Assembly (NCBI RefSeq): GCF_000025925.1
Contig: NC_014033.1
Span: forward strand, 3,120,001-3,152,000
Reading direction: 5' to 3'
Length of the DNA: 32,000 nt
Source: Xylanibacter ruminicola 23
GTDB taxonomy: Bacteria > Bacteroidota > Bacteroidia > Bacteroidales > Bacteroidaceae
Numbering within the stretch: position 1 is the first letter of the stretch; every line of letters begins with the position of its first letter. Shown here one piece after another: positions 1 to 7,987 of the stretch. Position numbers and translations under genes: made by a program. Under the pieces are notes generated by a model, which had not been told where the DNA came from, made no database searches, and saw only the letters and a program-made list of their open reading frames with translations.

Positions 1-428
1 CCTGCATGCCTGCCGATTCGCTCGATTATGAGTGCCATGTGATTAACACGGTGTGGTCGAGCCAGTTGCAGAAATGGCTTTATATCGACCCCACGATGGA
101 TGCCTGGGTGACTGATGAGAACGGCACGCTGCTTAGCATCGCCGAAGTGCGCGAACGACTCATTAACGACCAGCCCTTGGTGCTTTGTGAAACAGCCAAC
201 TGGAACCATGAGTCGCAGCAGACAAAGGAATACTATTTGGAAACCTATATGGCGAAGAACCTGTACTACTTTGTGTGCAAGAAGCTTAACCGCTTTAATC
301 CTGAGAGCGTCTATCGCGACAACGATCCTGAAGGTGACGTCAGACTTATACCAGTAGGCTTCGTTAACAACAATTGGAAGTGTGATACCACAACCGACCC
401 AGAGGTATTCTGGGCAAAACCAGAATAA
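1..428 (+). CDS. Transglutaminase-like superfamily protein, C-terminal fragment; the 5' end lies outside the window
   Basis: The open frame runs to the window edge. The tail ...CHVINTVW...WLYIDPT fits the His/Asp part of a transglutaminase-core Cys-His-Asp arrangement. The next gene starts 10 nt after the stop. Confidence 0.5.
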   Translation, partial: CMPADSLDYECHVINTVWSSQLQKWLYIDPTMDAWVTDENGTLLSIAEVRERLINDQPLVLCETANWNHESQQTKEYYLETYMAKNLYYFVCKKLNRFNPESVYRDNDPEGDVRLIPVGFVNNNWKCDTTTDPEVFWAKPE

Positions 429-437
429 ATAGTTACA

Positions 438-959
438 ATGGCGATAACAAGTGAGAGATTGAACCAGACTTTTAGTGAGGGCGGAGCTCAGGAGATATAC
501 CAAGAGATTAAGGCGAAAGGGGATTTTCTGGGCTTTGCCCAACGCTATGCCTTCGACACCGACTATCGTGTGGCGAGAACTGCTTTGTGGGGTCTGACCA
601 AAGCTAAGGACGAAGAGTTGTCGGAATTGAAGGTGATATACAATGAGCTGATAGATCAGGCCATGCAGACGGAGAATTCGTCGGTGAGGCGGCTAACGCT
701 GAACATCATCGAAAAGCTGAAAATGAACGAGGATGATTTGCGGACTGACTTCCTTGATTTCTGTTTCGAGCACATGGTCAGCATCGAAGAGTTTCCTGGC
801 ATCCAAACGCTCTGCATGAAACTCGCCTTTCGCATGTGCACCTTCTATCCAGAACTGATGGACGAGTTGAAACGTACCCTCGAAGCGATGGAGATAGATT
901 ATTATAAACCCGCCATAAAGTGTCTGCGTAAAAGGATTTTCTGTGGGCGATACAAATAA
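438..959 (+). CDS. Hypothetical all-helical (HEAT/armadillo-like repeat) protein, function unknown
   Basis: A 173-aa ORF with an ATG start, tightly packed between same-strand genes. Its composition is helix-rich and I recognise no catalytic motif. Confidence 0.55.
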   Translation: MAITSERLNQTFSEGGAQEIYQEIKAKGDFLGFAQRYAFDTDYRVARTALWGLTKAKDEELSELKVIYNELIDQAMQTENSSVRRLTLNIIEKLKMNEDDLRTDFLDFCFEHMVSIEEFPGIQTLCMKLAFRMCTFYPELMDELKRTLEAMEIDYYKPAIKCLRKRIFCGRYK

Positions 960-986
960 AATAGATTTTTGAGTACAAAAGAGAAT

Positions 987-1556
987 ATGAACATTCTGAT
1001 TATAAATGGCAGTCCTCGGAAGAAGGGGCTGATTTCCCAGATGCTAGGCATCATGCAGGAGGAGGCTGAAACGCGAGGCGATACGGTGGAGATGGTCTAT
1101 ACCAACGACCTGACCGTGAAGCCTTGCAAAGGCTGTATGGCGTGTCGCACGAAGCAGAAATGCGTTCTCGCAGAAGATGATTCGCAGCGGGTGTTGAAGA
1201 TGATGCAGCAGGCTGATGCGATCATCATGGGTGCACCTTGCTACTGGGGCAACATCCCTGGACAGATGAAACTGATGTTCGACCGTCAGGTGTATGGCAT
1301 GATGCGTGATACTAATCGTTTTCCAGAACCGCTGATGAAAGGTAAGAAGGGTATCCTTATCAGCACCTGCACTACGCCATGGCCTTGGAACATTCTGTTC
1401 AAACAGTCGCGCGGAGCTATCCGTGCCATGCGTGAGATAGCCCGCTATGCAGGTTTCAAAATCGTAAGTACCATCGAGCGTGGCGGAACAGCCATGCATC
1501 CCGCGCTGACCGAGAAAGACAAACAAAAGTGCCGTAAGGCTATCAATAAGTTGTAA
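987..1556 (+). CDS. Iron-sulfur flavoprotein (Isf)-like NAD(P)H-dependent FMN reductase / flavodoxin-fold protein
   Basis: The N-terminus MNILIINGSPRKKG is a flavodoxin-like FMN reductase signature. A compact Cys motif, CKGCMACRTKQKC (CX2CX2CX5C), is typical of Isf 4Fe-4S proteins. I prefer the ATG at 987 over the TTG at 969 in the ORF track. Confidence 0.8.
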   Translation: MNILIINGSPRKKGLISQMLGIMQEEAETRGDTVEMVYTNDLTVKPCKGCMACRTKQKCVLAEDDSQRVLKMMQQADAIIMGAPCYWGNIPGQMKLMFDRQVYGMMRDTNRFPEPLMKGKKGILISTCTTPWPWNILFKQSRGAIRAMREIARYAGFKIVSTIERGGTAMHPALTEKDKQKCRKAINKL

Positions 1557-1578
1557 ATAATTAAAATCAAAAATAACA

Positions 1579-2469
1579 ATGATTATTAGATTAGAAGATA
1601 CAAAAGACTATCGTGAGGTAGAGAACCTGACGCGTGAGGCATTCTGGAACGTATATCGTCCTGGATGCACAGAGCATTACGTGCTCAATCATTATAGAAC
1701 CAATCCCGACTTTATATCAGAGCTGGATTTTGTGATGGAGGTAGATGGAAAGATCATCGGTCATGTGATGTTTTCGAAGGCCGAACTTGTGCTTGATGAT
1801 GGCTGCAAGAAAGCTTCGTGGACATTCGGCCCCATCAGCATTCATCCTGCCTACAAGCGCAAGGGCTATGGTCAGAAGTTGCTGCAATATGCCTTGGATA
1901 AGGCTCGCGACATGGGTATCGGATTTATCTGTATGGAGGGTAACATCGAGTTTTACAAACATGCAGGCTTCGACCTTGCCAGCAAACTGAACATTCACTA
2001 TCATGCCGAGCCGAAAGATGCCGAAGTGCCTTATTTCCTGGCTCAGGAACTAATTCCTGGTTGGCTTAAGAACAATGGTATCGCCGAGGCAACCTATTGC
2101 CCTCCCAAGGGCTATTTTGTAGCCGATGAAAACCCAGAGGCTTTCGAGGCTTATGAAGCCAGCTTCTCTCAGAAGGAGAAAGCATTCCAAGAGGGCCAAC
2201 TGCCACAGTTCTGCCAGAGTTGCGGCATGCCATTGACGCGTATCGAGGATTGCGGTACAAACGAAAACGGCAGTACCAATTTTGATTATTGCCAGTATTG
2301 CTACAAGGATGGCAAGTTTGTGCAGGACTGCAACATGGACGAGATGATTGAGCATTGCACCCAGTTTATTGATGAGGTAAACAAGAACATGCCCAAGCCT
2401 ATGACCAAAGAAGAGTATAAGCAGATGATGCAAGGTTTCTTCCCGATGCTAAAACGATGGAGAAAATGA
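1579..2469 (+). CDS. GNAT N-acetyltransferase fused to a C-terminal Cys-rich zinc-ribbon domain
   Basis: GNAT motif A is present as HPAYKRKGYGQKLL. The C-terminal ~87 aa (nt ~2206-2466) read FCQSCGMPL...DYCQYCYKDGKF...LKRWRK, a CxxC...CxxC zinc-ribbon-like module. Confidence 0.85.
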   Translation: MIIRLEDTKDYREVENLTREAFWNVYRPGCTEHYVLNHYRTNPDFISELDFVMEVDGKIIGHVMFSKAELVLDDGCKKASWTFGPISIHPAYKRKGYGQKLLQYALDKARDMGIGFICMEGNIEFYKHAGFDLASKLNIHYHAEPKDAEVPYFLAQELIPGWLKNNGIAEATYCPPKGYFVADENPEAFEAYEASFSQKEKAFQEGQLPQFCQSCGMPLTRIEDCGTNENGSTNFDYCQYCYKDGKFVQDCNMDEMIEHCTQFIDEVNKNMPKPMTKEEYKQMMQGFFPMLKRWRK

Positions 2470-2500
2470 TGAGTTATGGCTTAGGTTATGCTAACCCCCA

Positions 2501-2574
2501 TTCGTCACAAATCGATGCTGTTTATCCCAGAAATTTGTTGCTATCTGAAACAATGTGTACTTTTGCAGCGTCAA
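2501..2574 (+). promoter_or_regulatory. Promoter-operator module A: direct repeats, -33 TTTG, -7 TACTTTTG, then GCGTCAA
   Basis: TTCGTCACAAA lies at 2501-2511 and TTTATCCCAGA at 2521-2531, a 20-bp period. TTTG is at 2534-2537, followed by a 20-nt spacer and TACTTTTG at 2558-2565. GCGTCAA is at 2568-2574 and the ATG at 2591. Confidence 0.75.
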
Positions 2575-2590
2575 TAATCAACATAAGAAT

Positions 2591-3328
2591 ATGAATAAAG
2601 AACAAAGATTTTGTCAGAGTTGCGGAATGCCACTCACAGAGGAAGTCCTCGGTACTAATGCCGATGGCAGTAAGAACGAAGATTACTGTATGTATTGCTA
2701 CAAGGATGGAAAATTCTTGCAGGACTGCACGATGGAAGAGATGATTGAACATTGTGCACAGTTTGTTGGCGCAGTAAACGAGGGATTGGAGAAACCCATT
2801 ACAAAAGAGGAATATATCGGTATGATGAAATCGTACTTTCCCCAGTTGAAGCGCTGGCGCCAAACGTTGGATGTTAGTAACGATGAAGTGATGAATGTTA
2901 ACCCTGCTTTGGCAGGCGTTAAAGAACTTATTGCACAGATGGCCGACAAACAGCCCATCGCTTACATCTCATCGGTCGATCAGGACGGATTCCCTTGGAC
3001 CAAGGCCATGTTGAAGCCACGCAAGCGTGAGGGTATCAAAACCTTCTACTTTACAACCAACACATTCTCAATACGTGTGGCTCAATACAAGGCCAATCCC
3101 AAGGCAAGCATCTATTTCTGCGATGCTAAAGGATTTAAGGGCATGATGCTCAGAGGTACAATGGAGGTGCTGACGGATGCAGCCTCGAAGGAGATGATCT
3201 GGCGCGATGGCGACACAGAGTACTATCCAGGCGGCGTCACCGATCCTAATTACTGCGTGTTGAAGTTCACTGCTACCGATGGCCGTTTCTACAGCGATTT
3301 CTATCCACGTAGTTTCGTAATTGAGTAA
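2591..3328 (+). CDS. N-terminal zinc-ribbon domain fused to a pyridoxamine 5'-phosphate oxidase-like (general stress protein 26-type) FMN-binding split-barrel domain
   Basis: MNKEQRFCQSCGMPL...DYCMYCYKDGKF...LKRWRQ is paralogous to the C-terminus of the upstream gene. It is followed by IAYISSVDQDGFPWTKAM..., typical of the PNPOx family. The ATG at 2591 lies downstream of the -7 box at 2558-2565, so the GTG at 2555 in the track is rejected. Confidence 0.8.
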   Translation: MNKEQRFCQSCGMPLTEEVLGTNADGSKNEDYCMYCYKDGKFLQDCTMEEMIEHCAQFVGAVNEGLEKPITKEEYIGMMKSYFPQLKRWRQTLDVSNDEVMNVNPALAGVKELIAQMADKQPIAYISSVDQDGFPWTKAMLKPRKREGIKTFYFTTNTFSIRVAQYKANPKASIYFCDAKGFKGMMLRGTMEVLTDAASKEMIWRDGDTEYYPGGVTDPNYCVLKFTATDGRFYSDFYPRSFVIE

Positions 3329-3345
3329 ATGATGAACAACAAAGC

Positions 3346-3966
3346 ATGAAGGTTGTTGAATTAAATATTGACTCTACGCCGGCGCTGATTATTGGCGAGA
3401 AGAGCGAGAAAGTGTTCCTGTTTGTGCATGGGTTGCATGGACGCAAGGAAGAGGCATTGGCCTTTGCAGAGGTGGCTGTGCCCAAAGGTTATCAAGTTCT
3501 GGGTATCGACCTGCCTGTAGAGCGCAAGCCTTGGGAGGTACTGCCTTTGCTGAATGAGATACGTGATTATCTATATGATAATTGGCAATCGGTATCTGTT
3601 CGTGCTAACAGTATAGGTTCGTGGTTTACGTTGTTGGCTTTCCAGAGCAAGAAAGTGGAGCAGGCATTGCTTGTTTCTCCAATTCTCGACATGAAGCGGT
3701 TTATTGAACTGATGCCACAGCGCGAGGACGACTATTACGAGTGGGTTGTTAATAATCCAATTACAAGTTGGGTTGCGCCCACATACATTCTTCGCCCAGA
3801 AGTGGATCTGATTGTCAACGAGGAAGTAGGTTACGACTTCATCAGTCAGCATCAGTGTCAGGTCACCATCATGCCTGATGGAGAACATTGGTTTCATACG
3901 CCAGAACAGCTTGCTTTCCTGAAAGCATGGGAAGAGAAAACGATAGAAAAACATTGTATAAAATGA
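3346..3966 (+). CDS. Alpha/beta hydrolase
   Basis: It has an HGLHG oxyanion region, an ANSIG nucleophile elbow (AxSxG), and a C-terminal GEHWFH containing the catalytic His. Its stop overlaps the next start as ATGA. Confidence 0.75.
   Translation: MKVVELNIDSTPALIIGEKSEKVFLFVHGLHGRKEEALAFAEVAVPKGYQVLGIDLPVERKPWEVLPLLNEIRDYLYDNWQSVSVRANSIGSWFTLLAFQSKKVEQALLVSPILDMKRFIELMPQREDDYYEWVVNNPITSWVAPTYILRPEVDLIVNEEVGYDFISQHQCQVTIMPDGEHWFHTPEQLAFLKAWEEKTIEKHCIK
3922..3945 (+). repeat. 24-bp perfect direct repeat, copy 1 (AAAGCATGGGAAGAGAAAACGATA)
   Basis: It is identical to 5337-5360. In frame it encodes KAWEEKTI near the C-terminus of the alpha/beta hydrolase. Confidence 0.95.
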
Positions 3967-4982
3967 TGAAAGAAATATTGTACATATTGCTGGATAATTA
4001 TGCCGAGCACGAGATCGGTTTTATGCCAGGTGCAGTGAGCACCAATGCCACAGGCTTTCGTAAGGAACCAAAGTATATTAACAAGATGGTAGCCCCAACG
4101 ATGGAGCCTGTAAAATCGATTGGTGGTATGCGAACCCTGCCCGACTATTCGTTCGAAACCATGCCTGAAGATTATGCTGCCTTGGTACTGATAGGCGGTT
4201 TTGGTTGGATGAATTCCGAAGCTGAGCGTGTATTACCCATTGTTAAGGATGCGCTGAGCAAAGGTGTTGTTGTGGGAGCTATCTGTAATGCCGCTTCGTG
4301 GATGGCCAAACAGGGATTGCTGAACAACATCAAGCATACAGGAAATGGTATCAACCAACTGAAATTGTGGGGTGGCAACAACTATACCAACGAGACCGGT
4401 TATGTGAACGAGCAGGCTGTAACAGATGGTCGTATCGTTACAGCCAATGGTTCGGGATATCTTGAGTTTACACGCGAGTTGCTGAAACTGCTTGAGAACG
4501 ATACGCCAGAAATGATTAATGGCTGGTACACGTTTATGAGCGACGGACTGGTAAAGTTGTACTCGCCACGTCCTCGATTCAAATTCAACACCGTTGGCCT
4601 TTTTACCAGTAATAATAAGGCTACTGTTGATTTCTATACAAAAGCTTTTGGTTTTACCACCGACTGGGATGGCATTCAGCCAAACGTGGAGATGATGTTG
4701 GGCGACATGCGTATCATTCTCTATCCTCGTAGTGATTTCGAACAGATGGTGTCTTACAAATTTCAATATCCTATGGGGCTCAACGGCACTGTAGAATTAG
4801 CATTCGATGTTCCTTCGTATGCCGATGTTGACAAGGAATATCAGCATGCACTCCGCCATGGAGCAATATCTGTTCTTCCTCCCACCACAGAGCCATGGGG
4901 CCAGCGCACATGCTATGTGGCCGACCCTGATGGAAACCTGATAGAGATTGGCTCGTTTACAATCGAGCAGAATAATCATTGA
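3963..4982 (+). CDS. DJ-1/PfpI (class I glutamine amidotransferase-like) domain fused to a VOC (glyoxalase/bleomycin-resistance) domain
   Basis: The N-terminal half contains the nucleophile-elbow Cys in VVVGAICNAASW. The C-terminal ~125 aa (FTSNNKATVDFYTKAFGF...DPDGNLIEI) is a typical VOC fold signature. The ATG at 3963 forms an ATGA overlap with the upstream stop, and the longer track ORF from 3888 would overlap the hydrolase. Confidence 0.75.
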   Translation: MMKEILYILLDNYAEHEIGFMPGAVSTNATGFRKEPKYINKMVAPTMEPVKSIGGMRTLPDYSFETMPEDYAALVLIGGFGWMNSEAERVLPIVKDALSKGVVVGAICNAASWMAKQGLLNNIKHTGNGINQLKLWGGNNYTNETGYVNEQAVTDGRIVTANGSGYLEFTRELLKLLENDTPEMINGWYTFMSDGLVKLYSPRPRFKFNTVGLFTSNNKATVDFYTKAFGFTTDWDGIQPNVEMMLGDMRIILYPRSDFEQMVSYKFQYPMGLNGTVELAFDVPSYADVDKEYQHALRHGAISVLPPTTEPWGQRTCYVADPDGNLIEIGSFTIEQNNH

Positions 4983-4991
4983 TTAGAGATA

Positions 4992-5375
4992 ATGAAGTCT
5001 ATCCGTATTTTTGCGATGGCGCTTGCAACAATGGGTGTCATCCATATCGTAGCTACTTTTACTCCATTAATTAATGGTGGTTTGGAGTTGCTAAGTCCGG
5101 CCAAGCAGCAGGCTATAATTTATATGAGTCTAATGTGTGGCATGCTATTAATAGTGTGCGGCTTGCTTATAGCAATGCTACATAAGAAAGTAAAAGAACA
5201 TCCGTTTCTACGTAGGCCATATATGTTGATATATGGTGCACTGAGCGTTGATGGCATAGCGGCTGTCGCTTTCATGCCTCATAACCCGTTTGCGTGGCTG
5301 GTGTTTATACTTATTTGCTGTTTGGCTATTTCCCAAAAAGCATGGGAAGAGAAAACGATAATATCAAATGAATAG
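4992..5375 (+). CDS. Small integral membrane protein (about 4 TM helices), function unknown
   Basis: A 127-aa ORF with four hydrophobic stretches. Its last 12 codons include the 24-bp repeat that also ends the hydrolase gene, and it overlaps the next gene start by 8 nt. Confidence 0.55.
   Translation: MKSIRIFAMALATMGVIHIVATFTPLINGGLELLSPAKQQAIIYMSLMCGMLLIVCGLLIAMLHKKVKEHPFLRRPYMLIYGALSVDGIAAVAFMPHNPFAWLVFILICCLAISQKAWEEKTIISNE
5337..5360 (+). repeat. 24-bp perfect direct repeat, copy 2
   Basis: It is identical to 3922-3945. In frame it encodes KAWEEKTI near the C-terminus of the small membrane protein. Confidence 0.95.
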
Positions 5376-5922
5376 AATTACAATGGAAACAAATCGTATC
5401 ATATTGCGCCCTTGGCGCGAATCGGATGCGGAGACACTGTATAAATGGGCTTCTGATCCTGATGTGGGGCCTCGTGCAGGATGGCCACCTCATCAGAATG
5501 TGGAGGAGAGTCTGGAGATTATTCGCACTGTATTTAATGACGTGCTGCACACATGGGCTATCGTTCTAAAAGAGACTGACGAGCCTATTGGCGCTATGGG
5601 GTACGGCCCGTCGTGCGAGTGCGATCTGCCGGCCCGCGAGGGTGAACCGCTCATTGGTTATTGGGTGGCCAAGCCCTATTGGAATAAGGGCATCTGCACA
5701 GAGGCACTGCGCCTGATGTTAGACCACATCCGAGAATCGACGGACATCCAATCGCTCATTAGCGGCCACTTCGTAGATAATCCAGCTTCTGGTAGAGTAA
5801 TGGAAAAGTGTGGTTTCGTTCCCACAGGCGAGATTTGCATAGACGAAAACCAGTATCAAGGTGAGAACAGGCCTATCAGAGTGTTGAGATTAGAATTGTC
5901 ATCATTGCATGGTGCTACATAG
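5368..5922 (+). CDS. GNAT N-acetyltransferase (RimJ/RimL-like, Acetyltransf_3 type)
   Basis: TNRIILRPWRESDAETLYKWASDP is the characteristic N-terminus of RimJ/RimL-like GNATs, with NKGICTEAL as motif A. An alternative start at 5383 is possible. Confidence 0.85.
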   Translation: MNRITMETNRIILRPWRESDAETLYKWASDPDVGPRAGWPPHQNVEESLEIIRTVFNDVLHTWAIVLKETDEPIGAMGYGPSCECDLPAREGEPLIGYWVAKPYWNKGICTEALRLMLDHIRESTDIQSLISGHFVDNPASGRVMEKCGFVPTGEICIDENQYQGENRPIRVLRLELSSLHGAT

Positions 5923-5957
5923 ATGCGCGCTCCTGTAACTCACGATTAGCGCTCCCT

Positions 5958-6031
5958 TTCGTCACAAATAACTGCGTTTTATCCCAGATATTTGGCTGTC
6001 TCAGCAATTATGCGTTCCTTTGCAGCGTCAA
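5958..6031 (+). promoter_or_regulatory. Promoter-operator module B, with the same architecture as A
   Basis: TTCGTCACAAA lies at 5958-5968 and TTTATCCCAGA at 5978-5988. TTTG is at 5991-5994, followed by a 20-nt spacer and TTCCTTTG at 6015-6022. The GCAGCGTCAA block ends at 6031 and the ATG is at 6055. Confidence 0.75.
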
Positions 6032-6054
6032 ATCATATTAAATAAAATATAATA

Positions 6055-6756
6055 ATGAAAGTATTAGTCATTAACGCATCAGCAAATAAGGAGCGCAGCA
6101 CAACGCTTAAACTTACCAAAACATTTCTGGAAGGTCTCGAAGTAGAGGCTTCGGAAGTGGAGTTTGTAACAACCATTGGTCTTAATATCAATCCCTGCAG
6201 AGCTTGCTATGCCTGTTGGTTTAAGACATCAGGCGAGTGTGTGCAGAAGGACGATGCAACAGAAGTGATGGAGAAAATTCGCCAAGCCGACCTGGTTATC
6301 TGGTCGATACCTCTCTATGCCTATGGCGTACCCTCTCATTGTAAGGCACTGATGGATAGAACAGTATCGTTTAACTCGCCTTTGATGTATATCGATTCTG
6401 ATGGCATTGCCCATCACTATGGTTATGAGGAAGGCACCAAGAAAACGGTACTGATTTCGACAGCAGGACTGCCTAACATGAGGGGAAACTTCGATGGACT
6501 TCTGTTTGCCATGCGCCACATGTATGGCAAGAATATCAGTTACATCTGTTGTGCTGAGGGTTCGCTCTTCATGAATCCCGATACCGAGATTTTTACTGCT
6601 CCTTACTTAAAAAAAGTAAAGCAAGCCGGTGCAGAGTACAAGGAAACAGAAAGAATCTCTGACGAGACACAGGCGTATCTTGATACACCGATGCTCCCTG
6701 CAGATGCATTCGTCAAGACCGTGAATGGCATTTTTGAAGGAATGCTGGCACGCTAA
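6055..6756 (+). CDS. Iron-sulfur flavoprotein (Isf)-like NAD(P)H-dependent FMN reductase / flavodoxin-fold protein (second paralog)
   Basis: It begins MKVLVINASANKERSTT and carries the Cys motif CRACYACWFKTSGEC (CX2CX2CX7C). It is the first gene after promoter module B. Confidence 0.8.
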   Translation: MKVLVINASANKERSTTLKLTKTFLEGLEVEASEVEFVTTIGLNINPCRACYACWFKTSGECVQKDDATEVMEKIRQADLVIWSIPLYAYGVPSHCKALMDRTVSFNSPLMYIDSDGIAHHYGYEEGTKKTVLISTAGLPNMRGNFDGLLFAMRHMYGKNISYICCAEGSLFMNPDTEIFTAPYLKKVKQAGAEYKETERISDETQAYLDTPMLPADAFVKTVNGIFEGMLAR

Positions 6757-6778
6757 CTAGTTTTGTAATTGAATAATT

Positions 6779-7498
6779 ATGAAGAGGATGATTAAATCAA
6801 GAATTGATACAATAGAAATACAAAGCCGAACTTTAGGTAAGACTATGGTTGTTACGATTTATATGCCAACCAATTTTTGCGAGGGATTACCTGTTCTCTA
6901 TTTTATGCACGGGCGTAGTGGCGACGAGTCTATTATTCATGCTTTGTATATACAAACCGTTGCAGACAGAATGATTGCAGATGGCAGGATGAAACCAATG
7001 CTAATTGTCTGCCCAAGGATGGAAGATGCGCTAGGATTAGGTGCTTTCGAAGATTATTTCTTTAACGAGGTGATGCCAATTGTAGAGAAACAATACAAAA
7101 CGAGTGTACGTTGCATTGGAGGGGTTTCGGCTGGAGGCTTCATTGCCTTGAACTACGCTTTCCGCCATCCTTATTTATTTGAGCGAGTAGGCGGTCACAT
7201 GCCTGCCATCGAAGACGTATTGGATGATGACGACCTGCATTATTTCGGAACCAGTGAGCAATGGAAAGCAAATAATCCGCTTTTTCTGGTTCAGAAGTGT
7301 ACTTTGCCTTCAACTATGGAGATTTATCTTGACGCAGGAAGTGAGGACGAAGGTGGATTTTATCGAGGATGTGCGCAACTGGCAGAAAGATTGGCAGTCC
7401 GTGGCGTTCTGGTTCAGAATCATTTAAACGAAGGACATCATACCATTGATTATATCAAAGCTCATTTGGAGGAATATCTTATGTTTTATGCAAAATAA
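6779..7498 (+). CDS. Esterase-family alpha/beta hydrolase (putative esterase / esterase D-like)
   Basis: It has HGRSGDE near the N-terminus, a GGVSAGGF GxSxG nucleophile elbow, and a C-terminal NEGHHT His. Confidence 0.75.
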   Translation: MKRMIKSRIDTIEIQSRTLGKTMVVTIYMPTNFCEGLPVLYFMHGRSGDESIIHALYIQTVADRMIADGRMKPMLIVCPRMEDALGLGAFEDYFFNEVMPIVEKQYKTSVRCIGGVSAGGFIALNYAFRHPYLFERVGGHMPAIEDVLDDDDLHYFGTSEQWKANNPLFLVQKCTLPSTMEIYLDAGSEDEGGFYRGCAQLAERLAVRGVLVQNHLNEGHHTIDYIKAHLEEYLMFYAK

Positions 7499-7525
7499 AT
7501 AGACTATGAGTGATCTAATAGAAAT

Positions 7526-7987
7526 ATGATGAAAGACAGTATCAGTAAGGCCAACATGGACGATTTGCAGGAGATTCTCAATCTGCAATACCTTGCTTAT
7601 CAGAGTGAGGCTGCCTTATTTGGCAACAAAGATATACCACCCTTAAAGCAAACACTAGATGAGGTGATTGAGGAATACCACAAAGGTATTATCCTGAAGA
7701 TGGTGGATACAGATAATCTCATTATAGGTTCTATTCGTGCATGGGAGATGAAAGAAACCGTCTTTGTAGGAAAACTGATGGTTCATCCCGATTACAGACA
7801 TCGTGGCTATGGCACGAAACTTCTGAGTGAGATAGAGAAGTATTGCCCTCAAAAGAGATATGAGCTGTTTACGAGCACCCGTAGCATTGACAACATCCGA
7901 CTGTATCAGAAGATGGGCTATCAAGAGTTTGACCGTAGGCGCGTTGATGATCAATTAGAATTTGTATATATGGAGAAAATTGTATGA
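7526..7987 (+). CDS. GNAT N-acetyltransferase
   Basis: Motif A is present as HPDYRHRGYGTKLL, and the 153-aa size is typical of a single-domain GNAT. Confidence 0.8.
   Translation: MMKDSISKANMDDLQEILNLQYLAYQSEAALFGNKDIPPLKQTLDEVIEEYHKGIILKMVDTDNLIIGSIRAWEMKETVFVGKLMVHPDYRHRGYGTKLLSEIEKYCPQKRYELFTSTRSIDNIRLYQKMGYQEFDRRRVDDQLEFVYMEKIV

Noticed and set aside
969-986. N-terminal extensions in the ORF track at 969, 2555, 3888, 13610, 23860, 24398, 11026 (-) and 21221 (-)
   Set aside because: Several of these start at non-ATG codons (TTG at 969 and 21221, GTG at 2555 and 11026), while the others (3888, 13610, 23860, 24398) begin at in-frame ATGs. They overlap the upstream gene or contain the predicted -7 promoter box. 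Internal ATGs give canonical N-termini such as signal peptides, the PP-loop, ATGA coupling, and MNILIINGS.
3922-5360. The 24-bp direct repeats as target-site duplications of an insertion sequence or transposon
   Set aside because: There are no terminal inverted repeats and no transposase or integrase between the repeats, and 24 bp is longer than typical target-site duplications. I report it instead as a cassette-insertion or duplication scar of unknown mechanism.
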